Positions 17,104 through 26,608 of a DNA stretch of 51,183 nt are shown in pieces (the first letter of the stretch is position 1; each line of letters begins with the position of its first letter). The stretch is taken from positions 1-51,183 of IMG/VR virus record IMGVR_UViG_3300045988_161624; one strand, 5' to 3'. This DNA is from a virus. Below the pieces are notes generated by a model. The model worked only from the letters and a program-made list of their open reading frames with translations. It was not told where the DNA came from and did no database searches. The translations under genes were made by a program, and so were the position numbers.

Positions 17104-18733
17104 AGATTATCAGCAGGAGGCTGTCAATAAAATTTACGACAGTTGGAATCAAGGGAATCGAAATGTATCTTTAGTGATGTGTACGGGATTAGGTAAATCT
17201 GTCTGTATGTCTTCCATAGCCCTTAACTTTGATAACCAACACAAACCTGTTGCAGTTGTTGCACATCGTAACGAGCTTGTCAGTCAAATGTCTTGTCATT
17301 TAGCACGTGTGGGTCTTTATCATCGGATAATAGCTCCAAGAGCTGTTGTCGGGCAAATTTCAAGAAAACATAAAATTGAATTTGGAAAATCTTTTATTAA
17401 TCCATCGGCATTATCGGCAGTTGTTGGTGTTGATACATTAATGGCACGAGCCGATAGTTTAAAAAATTGGGCGCAGCAAATAGCTTTGTGGGAGGTTGAC
17501 GAACAACATCACATTACTCGCGGCAATAAGTGGGGTAAAGCTGTTGAAATGTTTGTCAATGCCCGTGGGCTTGGTGTAACTGCAACACCGAATCGAGCTG
17601 ACGGTCAAGGATTAGGTCGATGGGTCGATGGTGTTATGGACGACATGGTTTTAGGTCCTTCAATGCGTTGGGCTATTGAAAATAATTTTCTTGCAGATTA
17701 CGAAATTGTCTGCCCTAAATCAGATTTAAATGTTGAAGACAGCCCGTTGTCTGCGAATGGCGATTGGTCTAGTCAAACTTTGCGTAAAGCTGCTAAAAAA
17801 TCACGAATCATCGGGGATGTAGTAACAAATTATATTAAATATGCTTTCGGTCGAAAAGCTATCGTTTTTGCTACTGACGTTGAAACAGCTGAAGAAATTT
17901 CAAGAGATTTTAACGCTCACAATATAAGAGCGGTTTCACTCAACGGTAAATCGTTACCGGCATTTAGAGAACAAAGTTTAGATAATTTTCGAGATAGTAA
18001 ATTACAGGTACTTGTCAATGTAGATTTGTTTGATGAAGGATTTGACGTTCCGAGTTGTGATGTTTGTATTATGGCCCGTCCCACTGCTTCACTTGGTAAA
18101 TTTTTACAACAAATAGGTCGTGTATTGCGTCCTGCACCTAATAAAACAGCTCTTATTATCGACCATGTTAGCAACGTTATTCGACATGGTTTGCCGGATA
18201 TGCCCAGAGAATGGTCCTTAGAACGGCGACAAAAAAAAGCTAAATTAACTAAAGACCCGGACGAAATAGAACTTACGGTTTGTAAAAAATGTCTTAAACC
18301 TTATGAAAAATTTAGAACTCAATGCCCTTATTGCGGGGCTGAGCTACCTGTACCAGAATCAAAATCTCGTACAATTGAAATAGTTGCTGGTGATTTGGTG
18401 TTATTAGATAAAGCAACCTTACAGCGCTTGCGGCAAAATGCAATGTTAGAAAGTCCGGGAAATATAGCCGCAAGAGTCGCAAAAGCCGCTGGACCAATAG
18501 CTGGTAAAGCCGCTGCAAATCGTCAAATGGAAAAGATAGAAGCTCAGAATGAATTAAAAGATACTATTGCTCAATGGGCAGCTATCGAACGTGAAAAAGG
18601 ATTTAACGACAGAGAAATTTATCGGCGTTTCTATTTGTCGTTAGGTATGGATGTGTTAACCGCTTTAAACGGTACTAGAACACGTCAAGATTATTTAACA
18701 ACAGCTGAAAGAATTAAAGGATGGTATGAATGA
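17087..18733 (+). CDS. SF2 DEAD/DEAH-box DNA helicase with C-terminal zinc ribbon
   Basis: CTGLGKS (Walker A), VDEQHH, VTATPNR, QQIGRVLR. CKKCLKPYEKFRTQCPYCG. Confidence 0.85.
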   Translation: MPIKLRDYQQEAVNKIYDSWNQGNRNVSLVMCTGLGKSVCMSSIALNFDNQHKPVAVVAHRNELVSQMSCHLARVGLYHRIIAPRAVVGQISRKHKIEFGKSFINPSALSAVVGVDTLMARADSLKNWAQQIALWEVDEQHHITRGNKWGKAVEMFVNARGLGVTATPNRADGQGLGRWVDGVMDDMVLGPSMRWAIENNFLADYEIVCPKSDLNVEDSPLSANGDWSSQTLRKAAKKSRIIGDVVTNYIKYAFGRKAIVFATDVETAEEISRDFNAHNIRAVSLNGKSLPAFREQSLDNFRDSKLQVLVNVDLFDEGFDVPSCDVCIMARPTASLGKFLQQIGRVLRPAPNKTALIIDHVSNVIRHGLPDMPREWSLERRQKKAKLTKDPDEIELTVCKKCLKPYEKFRTQCPYCGAELPVPESKSRTIEIVAGDLVLLDKATLQRLRQNAMLESPGNIAARVAKAAGPIAGKAAANRQMEKIEAQNELKDTIAQWAAIEREKGFNDREIYRRFYLSLGMDVLTALNGTRTRQDYLTTAERIKGWYE

Positions 18734-19059
18734 TAATAAACGATAATTCAATAATGCTTAACAAAATCCGGTGGGACATTAAATTTGTCTCTGAAAACAA
18801 TGATGTTTTGGATGGTAACAGAGGTGTGTGTTGTTACAGAACTTCAACAATTTATATATTAGAAAGTCTAAAACCTAGTGAAAAATTATTCACTTTATTT
18901 CACGAATTGGCTCACGCTCTTTTAGCAGAAACTGATTATAATATAGAAATTAAAGAAAATTTAGGTAACAATTATGAAAAATTTGTTTCTTTATTAGGCG
19001 CTAGAATATATGAACTTTGTGAACAAATAGAGCTATCTCAATGCGTGAATCAGCGGTAA
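18730..19059 (+). CDS. small HExxH metallopeptidase-like protein (paralogue-type of 11931..12230)
   Basis: STIYILESLKPSEKLFTLFHELAHALL. Confidence 0.55.
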   Translation: MIINDNSIMLNKIRWDIKFVSENNDVLDGNRGVCCYRTSTIYILESLKPSEKLFTLFHELAHALLAETDYNIEIKENLGNNYEKFVSLLGARIYELCEQIELSQCVNQR

Positions 19060-19424
19060 CATCTCATATTCGCCTCGCGGCTGCACAGCTTAATTGCCCT
19101 CTTTGGCGCAATAACTGTGGGGGATTTTATGATGATACCGGTCGTTTTGTTCGATATGGTTTAGGGTCGGAAGCTAAATTAGCTTCCAGTGATTTTATCG
19201 GTATTCGTCCGGTGCTTATAACACCTGAAATGGTTGGACAAGTTTTAGGCATATTTACAGCCGTTGAAATGAAAGCTGAAAATTGGCATTTTAACAAAAA
19301 TGACAAACACCTCTTGCAACAAAAACAGTTTATTGATATTATTAAACAATACGGGGGGTTAGCAGGATTTGCAACAAGTGTTGAAGATTTTTATAGGATT
19401 ATAAAATATGTCGATAACAAATAG
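19041..19424 (+). CDS. VRR-NUC type nuclease
   Basis: PD-(D/E)XK pattern SDFIGI ... AVEMK. Size and position after the helicase fit. Confidence 0.6.
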   Translation: MRESAVTSHIRLAAAQLNCPLWRNNCGGFYDDTGRFVRYGLGSEAKLASSDFIGIRPVLITPEMVGQVLGIFTAVEMKAENWHFNKNDKHLLQQKQFIDIIKQYGGLAGFATSVEDFYRIIKYVDNK

Positions 19425-19695
19425 TATGAAAAAACAAGGTGAACAAACAAGAGAATCCATCCTTGAAACTGGATTAAAACTTTGGCCGAATGTTACACCT
19501 ACAAGTATTGCTAACACCTTAAACATTTCTCATGGAACGGTAATTTATCATTTCCCGGATATAAAAAATGCTGTGGCGGAATATGCTGTTAAAACGGGGA
19601 ACTCTCGAGTAATTGTACAATTACTTGCGATGCGACACAAAGCTGTTAAAGATATGAACGCCGTTGAACGCATAAAACATTTTACAGCCATATGA
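19408..19695 (+). CDS. TetR-like HTH DNA-binding domain protein (N-domain only)
   Basis: TRESILETGLKLW..VTPTSIANTLNISHGTVIYHFPDIKNAV. Confidence 0.5.
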   Translation: MSITNSMKKQGEQTRESILETGLKLWPNVTPTSIANTLNISHGTVIYHFPDIKNAVAEYAVKTGNSRVIVQLLAMRHKAVKDMNAVERIKHFTAI

Positions 19696-20251
19696 TTTCC
19701 GGTCTACCTGTAAATCCGTGCATCCATATAAACCATGCGTAACAAATCGCGCTTTTTTCTTTAACCGGAAAGAGGCCGTTTTTGCTCGATGGTATTCGTT
19801 CAGTGAATACACACACATATCGAGGGGGAAACCTGTCAAAAAATGCCTTGCGTTTCACAGATTCTAAAAATCTTATGTTTAAAAAATGGCAAGCAACAGG
19901 TACGAGTTCTATTGACCGTTTAACGCATTCTAAAGCGTGAGAATAAGGTGGATTAGTAATTATAGCATCAAAAGGTAAAGAATCATATAAAGTAGGTTTA
20001 AGAAAATCAACACCGCCGATGCCATATCCACGATTGATTAAGTCAGTAGATACTACTTTATGACCGAAAGTAATAAGAGCTTCTGAAAGATGACCCCGTC
20101 CGGCACATGGTTCCCAAATGTATTTACCGCCATCGAGCCAACTAAGCACGGATAATAACGGCGGAATTGCTGAAGGGTGTGTAGCGTAGAAATCATATTC
20201 TTCGCGTTTTTCACCCTCTTTCAGATATAAACCGTGCATGTTACCGCTCAT
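19682..20251 (-). CDS. N6-adenine DNA methyltransferase
   Basis: Motif I WEPCAGRGHL, motif IV IITNPPY. Confidence 0.8.
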   Translation of the reverse strand: MSGNMHGLYLKEGEKREEYDFYATHPSAIPPLLSVLSWLDGGKYIWEPCAGRGHLSEALITFGHKVVSTDLINRGYGIGGVDFLKPTLYDSLPFDAIITNPPYSHALECVKRSIELVPVACHFLNIRFLESVKRKAFFDRFPPRYVCVFTERIPSSKNGLFPVKEKSAICYAWFIWMHGFTGRPEIIWL

Positions 20252-20281
20252 TTATATATTCTCTCCGATATTATTGTCTGA

Positions 20282-20321
20282 TTGTAAAATGTATAAGCGT
20301 AAACTTCCTTACATTTTACAA
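20282..20321. repeat. perfect 12-bp inverted repeat between two leftward genes
   Basis: ttgtaaaatgta (20282-20293) and tacattttacaa (20310-20321), 16-nt spacer. Confidence 0.9.
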
Positions 20322-20354
20322 AATAAAATATAACTTTATTACCGTTTATAAATT

Positions 20355-20597
20355 TTACGATTTATCCACATTATAAGTACTTCCACAAGCTACTATCAAA
20401 TCTTCATCGTATGTTGGATTTTTACCTTTTCCACATCCGATATATTTTTTAATTTCATCGGTTATGGTATCTTTAACAGTAACAATACCTATACATTCTA
20501 TTTCACCTTTATTAATATAACAGTATGTAGTAACAGGAAACCAGATAGAATCTAAAACAATTAAATGTTCGTAACCAGCTTGTTGACATTTTCGCAT
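20355..20597 (-). CDS. hypothetical protein (80 aa)
   Basis: ATG at 20597 after GGAGAA. The track start at 20654 is a TTG lying inside the promoter. Confidence 0.55.
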   Translation of the reverse strand: MRKCQQAGYEHLIVLDSIWFPVTTYCYINKGEIECIGIVTVKDTITDEIKKYIGCGKGKNPTYDEDLIVACGSTYNVDKS

Positions 20598-20609
20598 ATT
20601 AAAAATTCT

Positions 20610-20733
20610 CCTAACAATTACCAACACCTTATAACCCTTATTATTCGCTGTCAAGTATAAAATTATGCAATAATGTATAAAAATGTAATTGACAATGATT
20701 AATAACAGTTATAGGGTGTTAGTAATTGTTATT
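20610..20733. promoter_or_regulatory. divergent promoter pair with 26-bp inverted repeat covering the -10 and leader of both
   Basis: + strand TTGACA (20689-20694), N17, TAGGGT. - strand TTGACA (20654-20649), N17, TAAGGT. IR 20610-20635 versus 20708-20733, 22/26 matches. Confidence 0.6.
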
Positions 20734-20749
20734 AAATTTGAGGTATAAA

Positions 20750-20935
20750 ATGGATAAAAAAACATTAAATCTCACAGAGTTATCAATCTATATCGGCATC
20801 AGTCGCCGAACTCTCTATAACATGATACAGGACGGTCGATTCCCCGTTCAACCAATTAAAGGTTTAGAACCTAAACGTTGGAGTGTTGAAAAAGTTAATG
20901 AATGGATAGAGAGTAAAGGGAATGATAACAATTAA
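20750..20935 (+). CDS. AlpA/excisionase-type HTH regulator
   Basis: [42 protein letters not shown]. Confidence 0.65.
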   Translation: MDKKTLNLTELSIYIGISRRTLYNMIQDGRFPVQPIKGLEPKRWSVEKVNEWIESKGNDNN

Positions 20936-21476
20936 TGAGTTATGGAAAGATGTTCGAAACTTTGAGGGAGAATATCAAGTTTCGACATTGGGAAATTTTA
21001 AATCTTTACCTAAAAAAATATGGAACGGGCACGGTTTTTATATTTCCAAAGAAAGAATTATAAAACCTTACAAAACCAAAAAAGGTTATTTACATATTGA
21101 TTTCAGAACTAAAACCTTGAAAGCTCATAGAATTGTTGCGGAAACTTTTATACCGAATCCTGAAAATAAACCACAAGTAAATCATATTAACGGTATTAAA
21201 TCTGACAATCGAGTTGAAAACCTCGAATGGTGTAATAATTCCGAAAATCAAATTCACGCTTGTAAAAATAAATTAAACGTCCGTTCTGAAAAAGCCGGTA
21301 GAAAAAAAATCAAAGTAGAACAGTATGATTTGAAAACCAAAAAAACTATAAAAATATGGGATTCTTATAAAGAAATTCAACTTTATTTTAAAGTAAAACA
21401 TAATAATTTTCGCGAATGTTGTGAAAATAAAAGAATTTCATGTTTAGGTTATGGATGGAAAAAAGCAAATGCTTAA
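20922..21476 (+). CDS. HNH homing endonuclease with NUMOD4-like N-terminus
   Basis: [41 protein letters not shown]. Confidence 0.85.
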   Translation: MITINELWKDVRNFEGEYQVSTLGNFKSLPKKIWNGHGFYISKERIIKPYKTKKGYLHIDFRTKTLKAHRIVAETFIPNPENKPQVNHINGIKSDNRVENLEWCNNSENQIHACKNKLNVRSEKAGRKKIKVEQYDLKTKKTIKIWDSYKEIQLYFKVKHNNFRECCENKRISCLGYGWKKANA

Positions 21477-22770
21477 AGTTATAACTCTTTTCACAGGCAT
21501 TGGTGCCCAAGAAGCAGCTCTTAAACGTTTAGGTCTTGATTTCGAAATGGTTGGTATTTCAAAAATTGATAAATATGCTATACAATCTTACGAAGCTATC
21601 AACGGCTCTGTGCGTAATTATGGTAATATAACACAAATTGAACGGTTGGATTATGCGGATTTATGGACTTATAGTTTCCCTTGTCAGGATTTATCTTTTG
21701 CAGGTAAACAACGTGGTATTTCAGAAGAAACACGTTCAGGGCTTTTGTTACATGTTGAACGTCTTTTGACCGAATCAGTGCTTTATGGAACTCAACCTAA
21801 ATATTTATTGTTAGAGAATGTAAAAGCTCTTGTAAGCAAAAAATTTATGCCGGATTTTCAACGCTGGTTAGATAAATTAGAACAATTGGGATATAATAAC
21901 TATTGGCAAGTTTTGAACGCTAAGGACTATGGTATCCCTCAAAATCGTGAGCGTGTTTTTGTTATCAGCATACGAAAAGATATAGATACCAAAGGTTATA
22001 AATTCCCCTCACCTATACCACTTGAGAAACGCTTGAAAGATATGCTCGAACCTTGTGTAGATGAGAAATATTATTTGAGCGCGGATAAGGTTGAGAAATT
22101 AATAACACAAATAAAAGAAAAAGAAGTTAGCAACACTATTCGTTGTGGTGGTGGTGGTAGCTTGGATGGTAAACATACTTGGGATATTGTAGTTGAACCT
22201 TTATGTGCCGCAAGTAGAGGAAGAAATCCGGAAAACCCAAGTGATAGAACAGCAGGAATCCCAACCGAACAAATGCTTGAGATAAACTATTCTGGTTGCA
22301 CAAACACGCTTACAAGCGTTCAAAAGGACAATTATGTTGTTGAGCCTAAAGTTATAAATCCACTTAAAGGAAAAACTGATTATGGTTGGCATTTTGAACA
22401 AGAAGTTTACGATGAAAATGGAATAACTAGAGCTGTAAAAGCGGGTGGTGGAAGTGGAAATATACCTAAGATTATAATTGGTTCAACTCAGAAAAATGCT
22501 TATATTGGTTCCGTAGAAAATTATTCTCCGTCGTTAACAGCTGCAATGGGAATGGGTGGTGGACAGATACCTATGTTAGCAAACGATTACTGCCTCCGTA
22601 AATTAACACCTCGTGAATGTTGGCGATTAATGGGATTTACTGACATTGAATTTGAATGTGCAAAATTGTCAGGTGTATCAAACTCACAACTTTACAAACA
22701 AGCTGGTAATAGTATTGTTGTCAATGTTTTAGTCGGTATTTTTAAGGGGTTATTCGATGACAGATTTTAA
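21451..22770 (+). CDS. dcm: DNA (cytosine-5)-methyltransferase with unusually long target-recognition region
   Basis: [11 protein letters not shown] (I), SFPCQDLS (IV), ENVKAL (VI), QNRERVF (VIII), [14 protein letters not shown] (IX), [11 protein letters not shown] (X). Alternative ATG at 21469. Confidence 0.9.
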   Translation: MDGKKQMLKVITLFTGIGAQEAALKRLGLDFEMVGISKIDKYAIQSYEAINGSVRNYGNITQIERLDYADLWTYSFPCQDLSFAGKQRGISEETRSGLLLHVERLLTESVLYGTQPKYLLLENVKALVSKKFMPDFQRWLDKLEQLGYNNYWQVLNAKDYGIPQNRERVFVISIRKDIDTKGYKFPSPIPLEKRLKDMLEPCVDEKYYLSADKVEKLITQIKEKEVSNTIRCGGGGSLDGKHTWDIVVEPLCAASRGRNPENPSDRTAGIPTEQMLEINYSGCTNTLTSVQKDNYVVEPKVINPLKGKTDYGWHFEQEVYDENGITRAVKAGGGSGNIPKIIIGSTQKNAYIGSVENYSPSLTAAMGMGGGQIPMLANDYCLRKLTPRECWRLMGFTDIEFECAKLSGVSNSQLYKQAGNSIVVNVLVGIFKGLFDDRF

Positions 22771-25015
22771 CCTTACAACAGCTTATATTACCTCTCTTAC
22801 CGGCAGTCCCGATACATCTTGTTTTTGGCTGCTGATAGACGAACATAATAAAAAAAACCCGCCGGTTATTATTTGCGATTCGTTTGACAACTGTAATCAA
22901 ATCTTGAAACTTTATAATGATTCTGGTTATGGTGTTTTTATAGCTATTAACTCTATTCGTTCCGGCTGTCCGAGAACACTTGAAAATGTTGAACATGTTC
23001 GAGCACAAGTAGTTGATATTGACAACCCGTTGCAAATGCAAGACAGTTATAACAGAGCTATACAATCAGCTTGCCCACCGCATTTTGCCGTTCAAACATC
23101 GCCCGGTCACATTCATCTTTATTGGTTAACAGAACCATATGTAGGAAATGATTTTTTCAAAATTCAACAACAAAAACTTAATCAGCTTTACAATGGGGAT
23201 ATGAATGTTACTGACGCTACAAGAGTCATGCGCGTTCCCGGGTTTAATCATTGTAAAAGCATACCGCAACTTGTAACATGTTGGGGGATTCATAGCAATC
23301 CACGATATACAACGGAACAGATGCAAAATTATCTCGCGGATGTTAACATTGTTGAACATAATTTTGGGCTTCGTAAAAAACTTGGTAACGAAATGTTACA
23401 GGCACCAAATTTTGAATTGTTGTTGAAAGCTTTGTATGATATTGACCCAAATGAACTTTCTCGAGATGAATGGTTGTCTGTTAGTGCATCGTTCAAACAA
23501 GCCGGGTGGTCGTTAACAAACGAGAATAACCTTTATACCGAATGGCTTAAATGGTGTTCAAATTATAAAAACAATAATCCAAAAGAAAACAAAACACTTT
23601 GGAACTCATTGAAAGAAACTCAAATCGGTTGGAAAAGTTTGCTCAGAAAAACCGAAAATATTCAACCTGTTGTTTATTTTGGTGAACGAGCTGAAGAAGA
23701 CGAAAAAGAAATTGAAGTTTTAGGCGATGTGCTCGATGAACGCGGTAAAAAAATATGGTTTAAAAATTGTTATTTTGTCGAAAGTGAAGGGCGTATTTTT
23801 ACTTCCAGTGGTCGATTTATGAATCAAATACAATTCAATGGGCGATACGGCGGCAAGGAATTTACAATTAAAAGCGCCGGAACAAAGCTTACAGACAATC
23901 CATGGAAAGCCGCTTTAAGCAGTGTTGACTGGTCCATACCAAAAGTCGACCATTGTCGTTTTTTACCTCAAGAACCTACTTTTTCAATCATTCATGATGA
24001 TTTAGGTCGCAAGGGACTAAATACATATATTCCAGCAAAGATAAAATCTATCGAAGGCGATGTTAGTAAATGGAAGGATTATTTGTCAAAAGTATTTAAT
24101 ACACCAGAGGATGTTAAAATATTTGAAGATTACATTGCTCATTGTATAAAATTTCCCGGTGATAAAATTCCTTGGTCTGTTTTATTACAGTCAACCAAAG
24201 GTGTCGGTAAGCAAATGATAGGCGACGTGCTTAAACATTCAATTGGTGAAATATATACTTACCAGCCTGATGCTGAAGAACTTGTTAGCGGTGTTAGTCA
24301 GTTTAACGGTTGGATGCGTAATAAACTTATGATATTAGTCGATGAAGTGCGTGTCGGTGACCGCAATGAACTCATGAACGGGCTTAAAACTATCATCACT
24401 GACCGAAGAATTGCTGTAGAATCTAAAGGTGTCGACCAGCAAATGGAAGATAACGTCGCTAATTGGATATTTTTTAGCAACTTCAAAGATGCTTTTCCAA
24501 TCGACGAAAACGAGCGACGTTATTGTATATTTTACAGTAAATTACAATCAGCCTTGCAATTAGAAGAAGTTGGGATGAATAAAAATTACTTCGATTCAAT
24601 GTATAACTGGCTTGAATGTGAACATGGATTTGAAAAAATTGCATGGTATTATCTAAATTACCCGATTGAAAAAGGTTCCTTGTCGCATAGGGCACCACAT
24701 ACTTCAAGTTACGAAGAAGTGTTGAGAATCGGTAGAAGCCCCTTGCGTGTTATTCTTGACGATAAAATCGAAGCTGAAGAACGCGGATTTCGTGGTGGAT
24801 ATGTCAGTTTTGTGATGTTTCAAAAAGCCGTTTTAGACAGTTCTATGCGTACTAAACCCGCCGAGCATACATTGAAAGCTATTCTTGAAGGAAGGGGTTA
24901 TCACGAGCTTGGACGGACGATAAAACCTATCCCGGGTGAAGATTTAACACATCCGAGTTTGATATTCGGTTTAAAGGGCAAAAGTATTGATGGATATGAA
25001 GATGCGCAAGGATAA
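22757..25015 (+). CDS. primase / SF3 (D5/P4-alpha-like) helicase fusion
   Basis: N-terminus ATRVMRVPGFNH. Walker A STKGVGKQ, Walker B MILVDEV. 752 aa. Confidence 0.8.
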   Translation: MTDFNLTTAYITSLTGSPDTSCFWLLIDEHNKKNPPVIICDSFDNCNQILKLYNDSGYGVFIAINSIRSGCPRTLENVEHVRAQVVDIDNPLQMQDSYNRAIQSACPPHFAVQTSPGHIHLYWLTEPYVGNDFFKIQQQKLNQLYNGDMNVTDATRVMRVPGFNHCKSIPQLVTCWGIHSNPRYTTEQMQNYLADVNIVEHNFGLRKKLGNEMLQAPNFELLLKALYDIDPNELSRDEWLSVSASFKQAGWSLTNENNLYTEWLKWCSNYKNNNPKENKTLWNSLKETQIGWKSLLRKTENIQPVVYFGERAEEDEKEIEVLGDVLDERGKKIWFKNCYFVESEGRIFTSSGRFMNQIQFNGRYGGKEFTIKSAGTKLTDNPWKAALSSVDWSIPKVDHCRFLPQEPTFSIIHDDLGRKGLNTYIPAKIKSIEGDVSKWKDYLSKVFNTPEDVKIFEDYIAHCIKFPGDKIPWSVLLQSTKGVGKQMIGDVLKHSIGEIYTYQPDAEELVSGVSQFNGWMRNKLMILVDEVRVGDRNELMNGLKTIITDRRIAVESKGVDQQMEDNVANWIFFSNFKDAFPIDENERRYCIFYSKLQSALQLEEVGMNKNYFDSMYNWLECEHGFEKIAWYYLNYPIEKGSLSHRAPHTSSYEEVLRIGRSPLRVILDDKIEAEERGFRGGYVSFVMFQKAVLDSSMRTKPAEHTLKAILEGRGYHELGRTIKPIPGEDLTHPSLIFGLKGKSIDGYEDAQG

Positions 25016-25030
25016 AATAATATAAATAAA

Positions 25031-25071
25031 AACCCCCTTCAGGCGGATTCGAAAGACCTAAAAAGGGGGTT
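25031..25071. terminator. bidirectional terminator between convergent operons
   Basis: AACCCCCTT (25031-25039) pairs with AAGGGGGTT (25063-25071). On the - strand it is followed by TTTTATTT. Confidence 0.7.
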
Positions 25072-25132
25072 AAGCGCGCTTTACATTTTTATATTAACTT
25101 AAAATATTTAAAATGTCAAGAAATATATAATG

Positions 25133-25594
25133 TTAAACAGTTTTCCATCGTTTAATAGGTTTCCATTTTGTCGAACATTCTTTTCGTCCGTTATCATATC
25201 TAAAACCTGTTTTTTCATATATATTAATATGCTTAGATGGTTTTTCAAATTTATAATGTTCTTTAGGTTGATAATCATTTTCGGATATTTTTTTTGCCAA
25301 AGCTATATCCTCTTCTGTTATAGATTTTATATGATATTCGATAGTTGTATGATTAAATTTAGCGACGTCCCCCGCAGCAAGTTTCGGTAACTTTTCAATT
25401 ACACAACATATATAACAATAAATTCTTTTAGGTTTTGTTTGATTACTATAACGCCCTGAAAATACTAATTGAAAGTAATTTTCAACTTTTTTTAATATTT
25501 TTTCACATTTTTTTCTTGAATATTCTTTTCTACATTTCATGGAACAATAATTTTTATCAAAAGATGTTTTCACACCACAGTTAAGACATTTCAT
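25133..25594 (-). CDS. zinc-ribbon protein with possible DnaA-domain-IV-like HTH
   Basis: MKCLNCG..CSMKC. AAGDVAKFNHTTIEYHIKSI resembles the DnaA C-terminal HTH. Confidence 0.3.
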   Translation of the reverse strand: MKCLNCGVKTSFDKNYCSMKCRKEYSRKKCEKILKKVENYFQLVFSGRYSNQTKPKRIYCYICCVIEKLPKLAAGDVAKFNHTTIEYHIKSITEEDIALAKKISENDYQPKEHYKFEKPSKHINIYEKTGFRYDNGRKECSTKWKPIKRWKTV

Positions 25595-25809
25595 TTCCCC
25601 TCACTTTCGCCGTTTAAGGTCTTGGTTAACAAATCATCAATAAAACCGCACCGAGGACAATCTTGCGTCGATTGATATGCTGTATCTCGGGCTAACCGAA
25701 TAGCTTCTCTAAGCCGATCAATCTCTGCTTGCTGTTCTTCTATCTTTTCTTTTAAATTTTTAATCTTTGAACAAGCATATAAGTTTGTGCAATTCCTTCT
25801 ACTCATCAC
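25591..25809 (-). CDS. hypothetical coiled-coil / Cys protein
   Basis: 72-aa ORF, 4-nt overlaps on both sides. Confidence 0.55.
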   Translation of the reverse strand: MMSRRNCTNLYACSKIKNLKEKIEEQQAEIDRLREAIRLARDTAYQSTQDCPRCGFIDDLLTKTLNGESEGK

Positions 25810-26027
25810 TCCACCTCAAACAAATCATCAATGTTTGCTTTGCTCTTGCCGAGATATTTAAGCTGAGTTGACATAGGACTTTTTGCGTCTATCAATCTTA
25901 TGTTTTTTGTTCCTTTGTTGTAGGCAACAAAATCGTTACTTGTAGGATTAAAGTCTAAAATAACAAATTTTACACCACTCCATTCTTTAATCCATACATC
26001 CCCAATTTCTGGTTTTTCTGCGCTCAT
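25806..26027 (-). CDS. hypothetical protein
   Basis: 73-aa ORF, coupled to its neighbours. Confidence 0.55.
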   Translation of the reverse strand: MSAEKPEIGDVWIKEWSGVKFVILDFNPTSNDFVAYNKGTKNIRLIDAKSPMSTQLKYLGKSKANIDDLFEVE

Positions 26028-26167
26028 TTGTAAAATCCTCCGTTTTCAACAATACCTTTTAAAAATATATATCCCGCCCAAGCACAAAATAGGATAAAAA
26101 CTATTGCCGGAATCCCGATAATCAAGCCGATTGTCCATAATACCCAAACTGGAATAGAAAAAATCAT
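26024..26167 (-). CDS. 47-aa hydrophobic micro-ORF, not in the track
   Basis: Hand translation MIFSIPVWVLWTIGLIIGIPAIVFILFCAWAGYIFLKGIVENGGFYK. ATGA overlap with the next gene. Confidence 0.45.
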   Translation of the reverse strand: MIFSIPVWVLWTIGLIIGIPAIVFILFCAWAGYIFLKGIVENGGFYK

Positions 26168-26182
26168 CTTACACCTACTTTC

Positions 26183-26320
26183 TTACCCTAAATTTCTTTT
26201 TACCCTTCCACACTTATTGCATATTTTGCAAAACTTACTATCTAGCCTCATCAAATCCGCGCAGCGCGAGCACCAGCGCACGTTGCAAAAACCTAGCCAG
26301 CACAACAAACGTCTAATCAT
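26183..26320 (-). CDS. 45-aa Cys-rich (zinc-ribbon-like) micro-ORF, not in the track
   Basis: Hand translation MIRRLLCWLGFCNVRWCSRCADLMRLDSKFCKICNKCGRVKRNLG. GGGAGGG SD. Confidence 0.45.
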   Translation of the reverse strand: MIRRLLCWLGFCNVRWCSRCADLMRLDSKFCKICNKCGRVKRNLG

Positions 26321-26398
26321 CTTAAAGCCCTCCCAAATAAATACGCAGCAAAAAAGCACATGACAGTAGTAATAACGTCTGACAGGTTTTCTCCAATT

Positions 26399-26608
26399 TC
26401 AATCATTGTTTTTTTCCTTTTGCATTTGTTCCGTTTCCGCGATAATCAGCATCGGGTAATTTTTATGCAGACAATTAAAAATTTTACTCAATGCCTGCTG
26501 CTGTGCTTTTGGTGTATCGGGGTCGATATGCGCATAATCTTTTATTCCCATGGCGTCCCCATCATCAAAAAAGTCAATTACAAATCTACCGTATATTTTT
26601 TCAATCAT
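26399..26608 (-). CDS. hypothetical protein
   Basis: 69-aa ORF in the operon. Confidence 0.55.
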   Translation of the reverse strand: MIEKIYGRFVIDFFDDGDAMGIKDYAHIDPDTPKAQQQALSKIFNCLHKNYPMLIIAETEQMQKEKNND

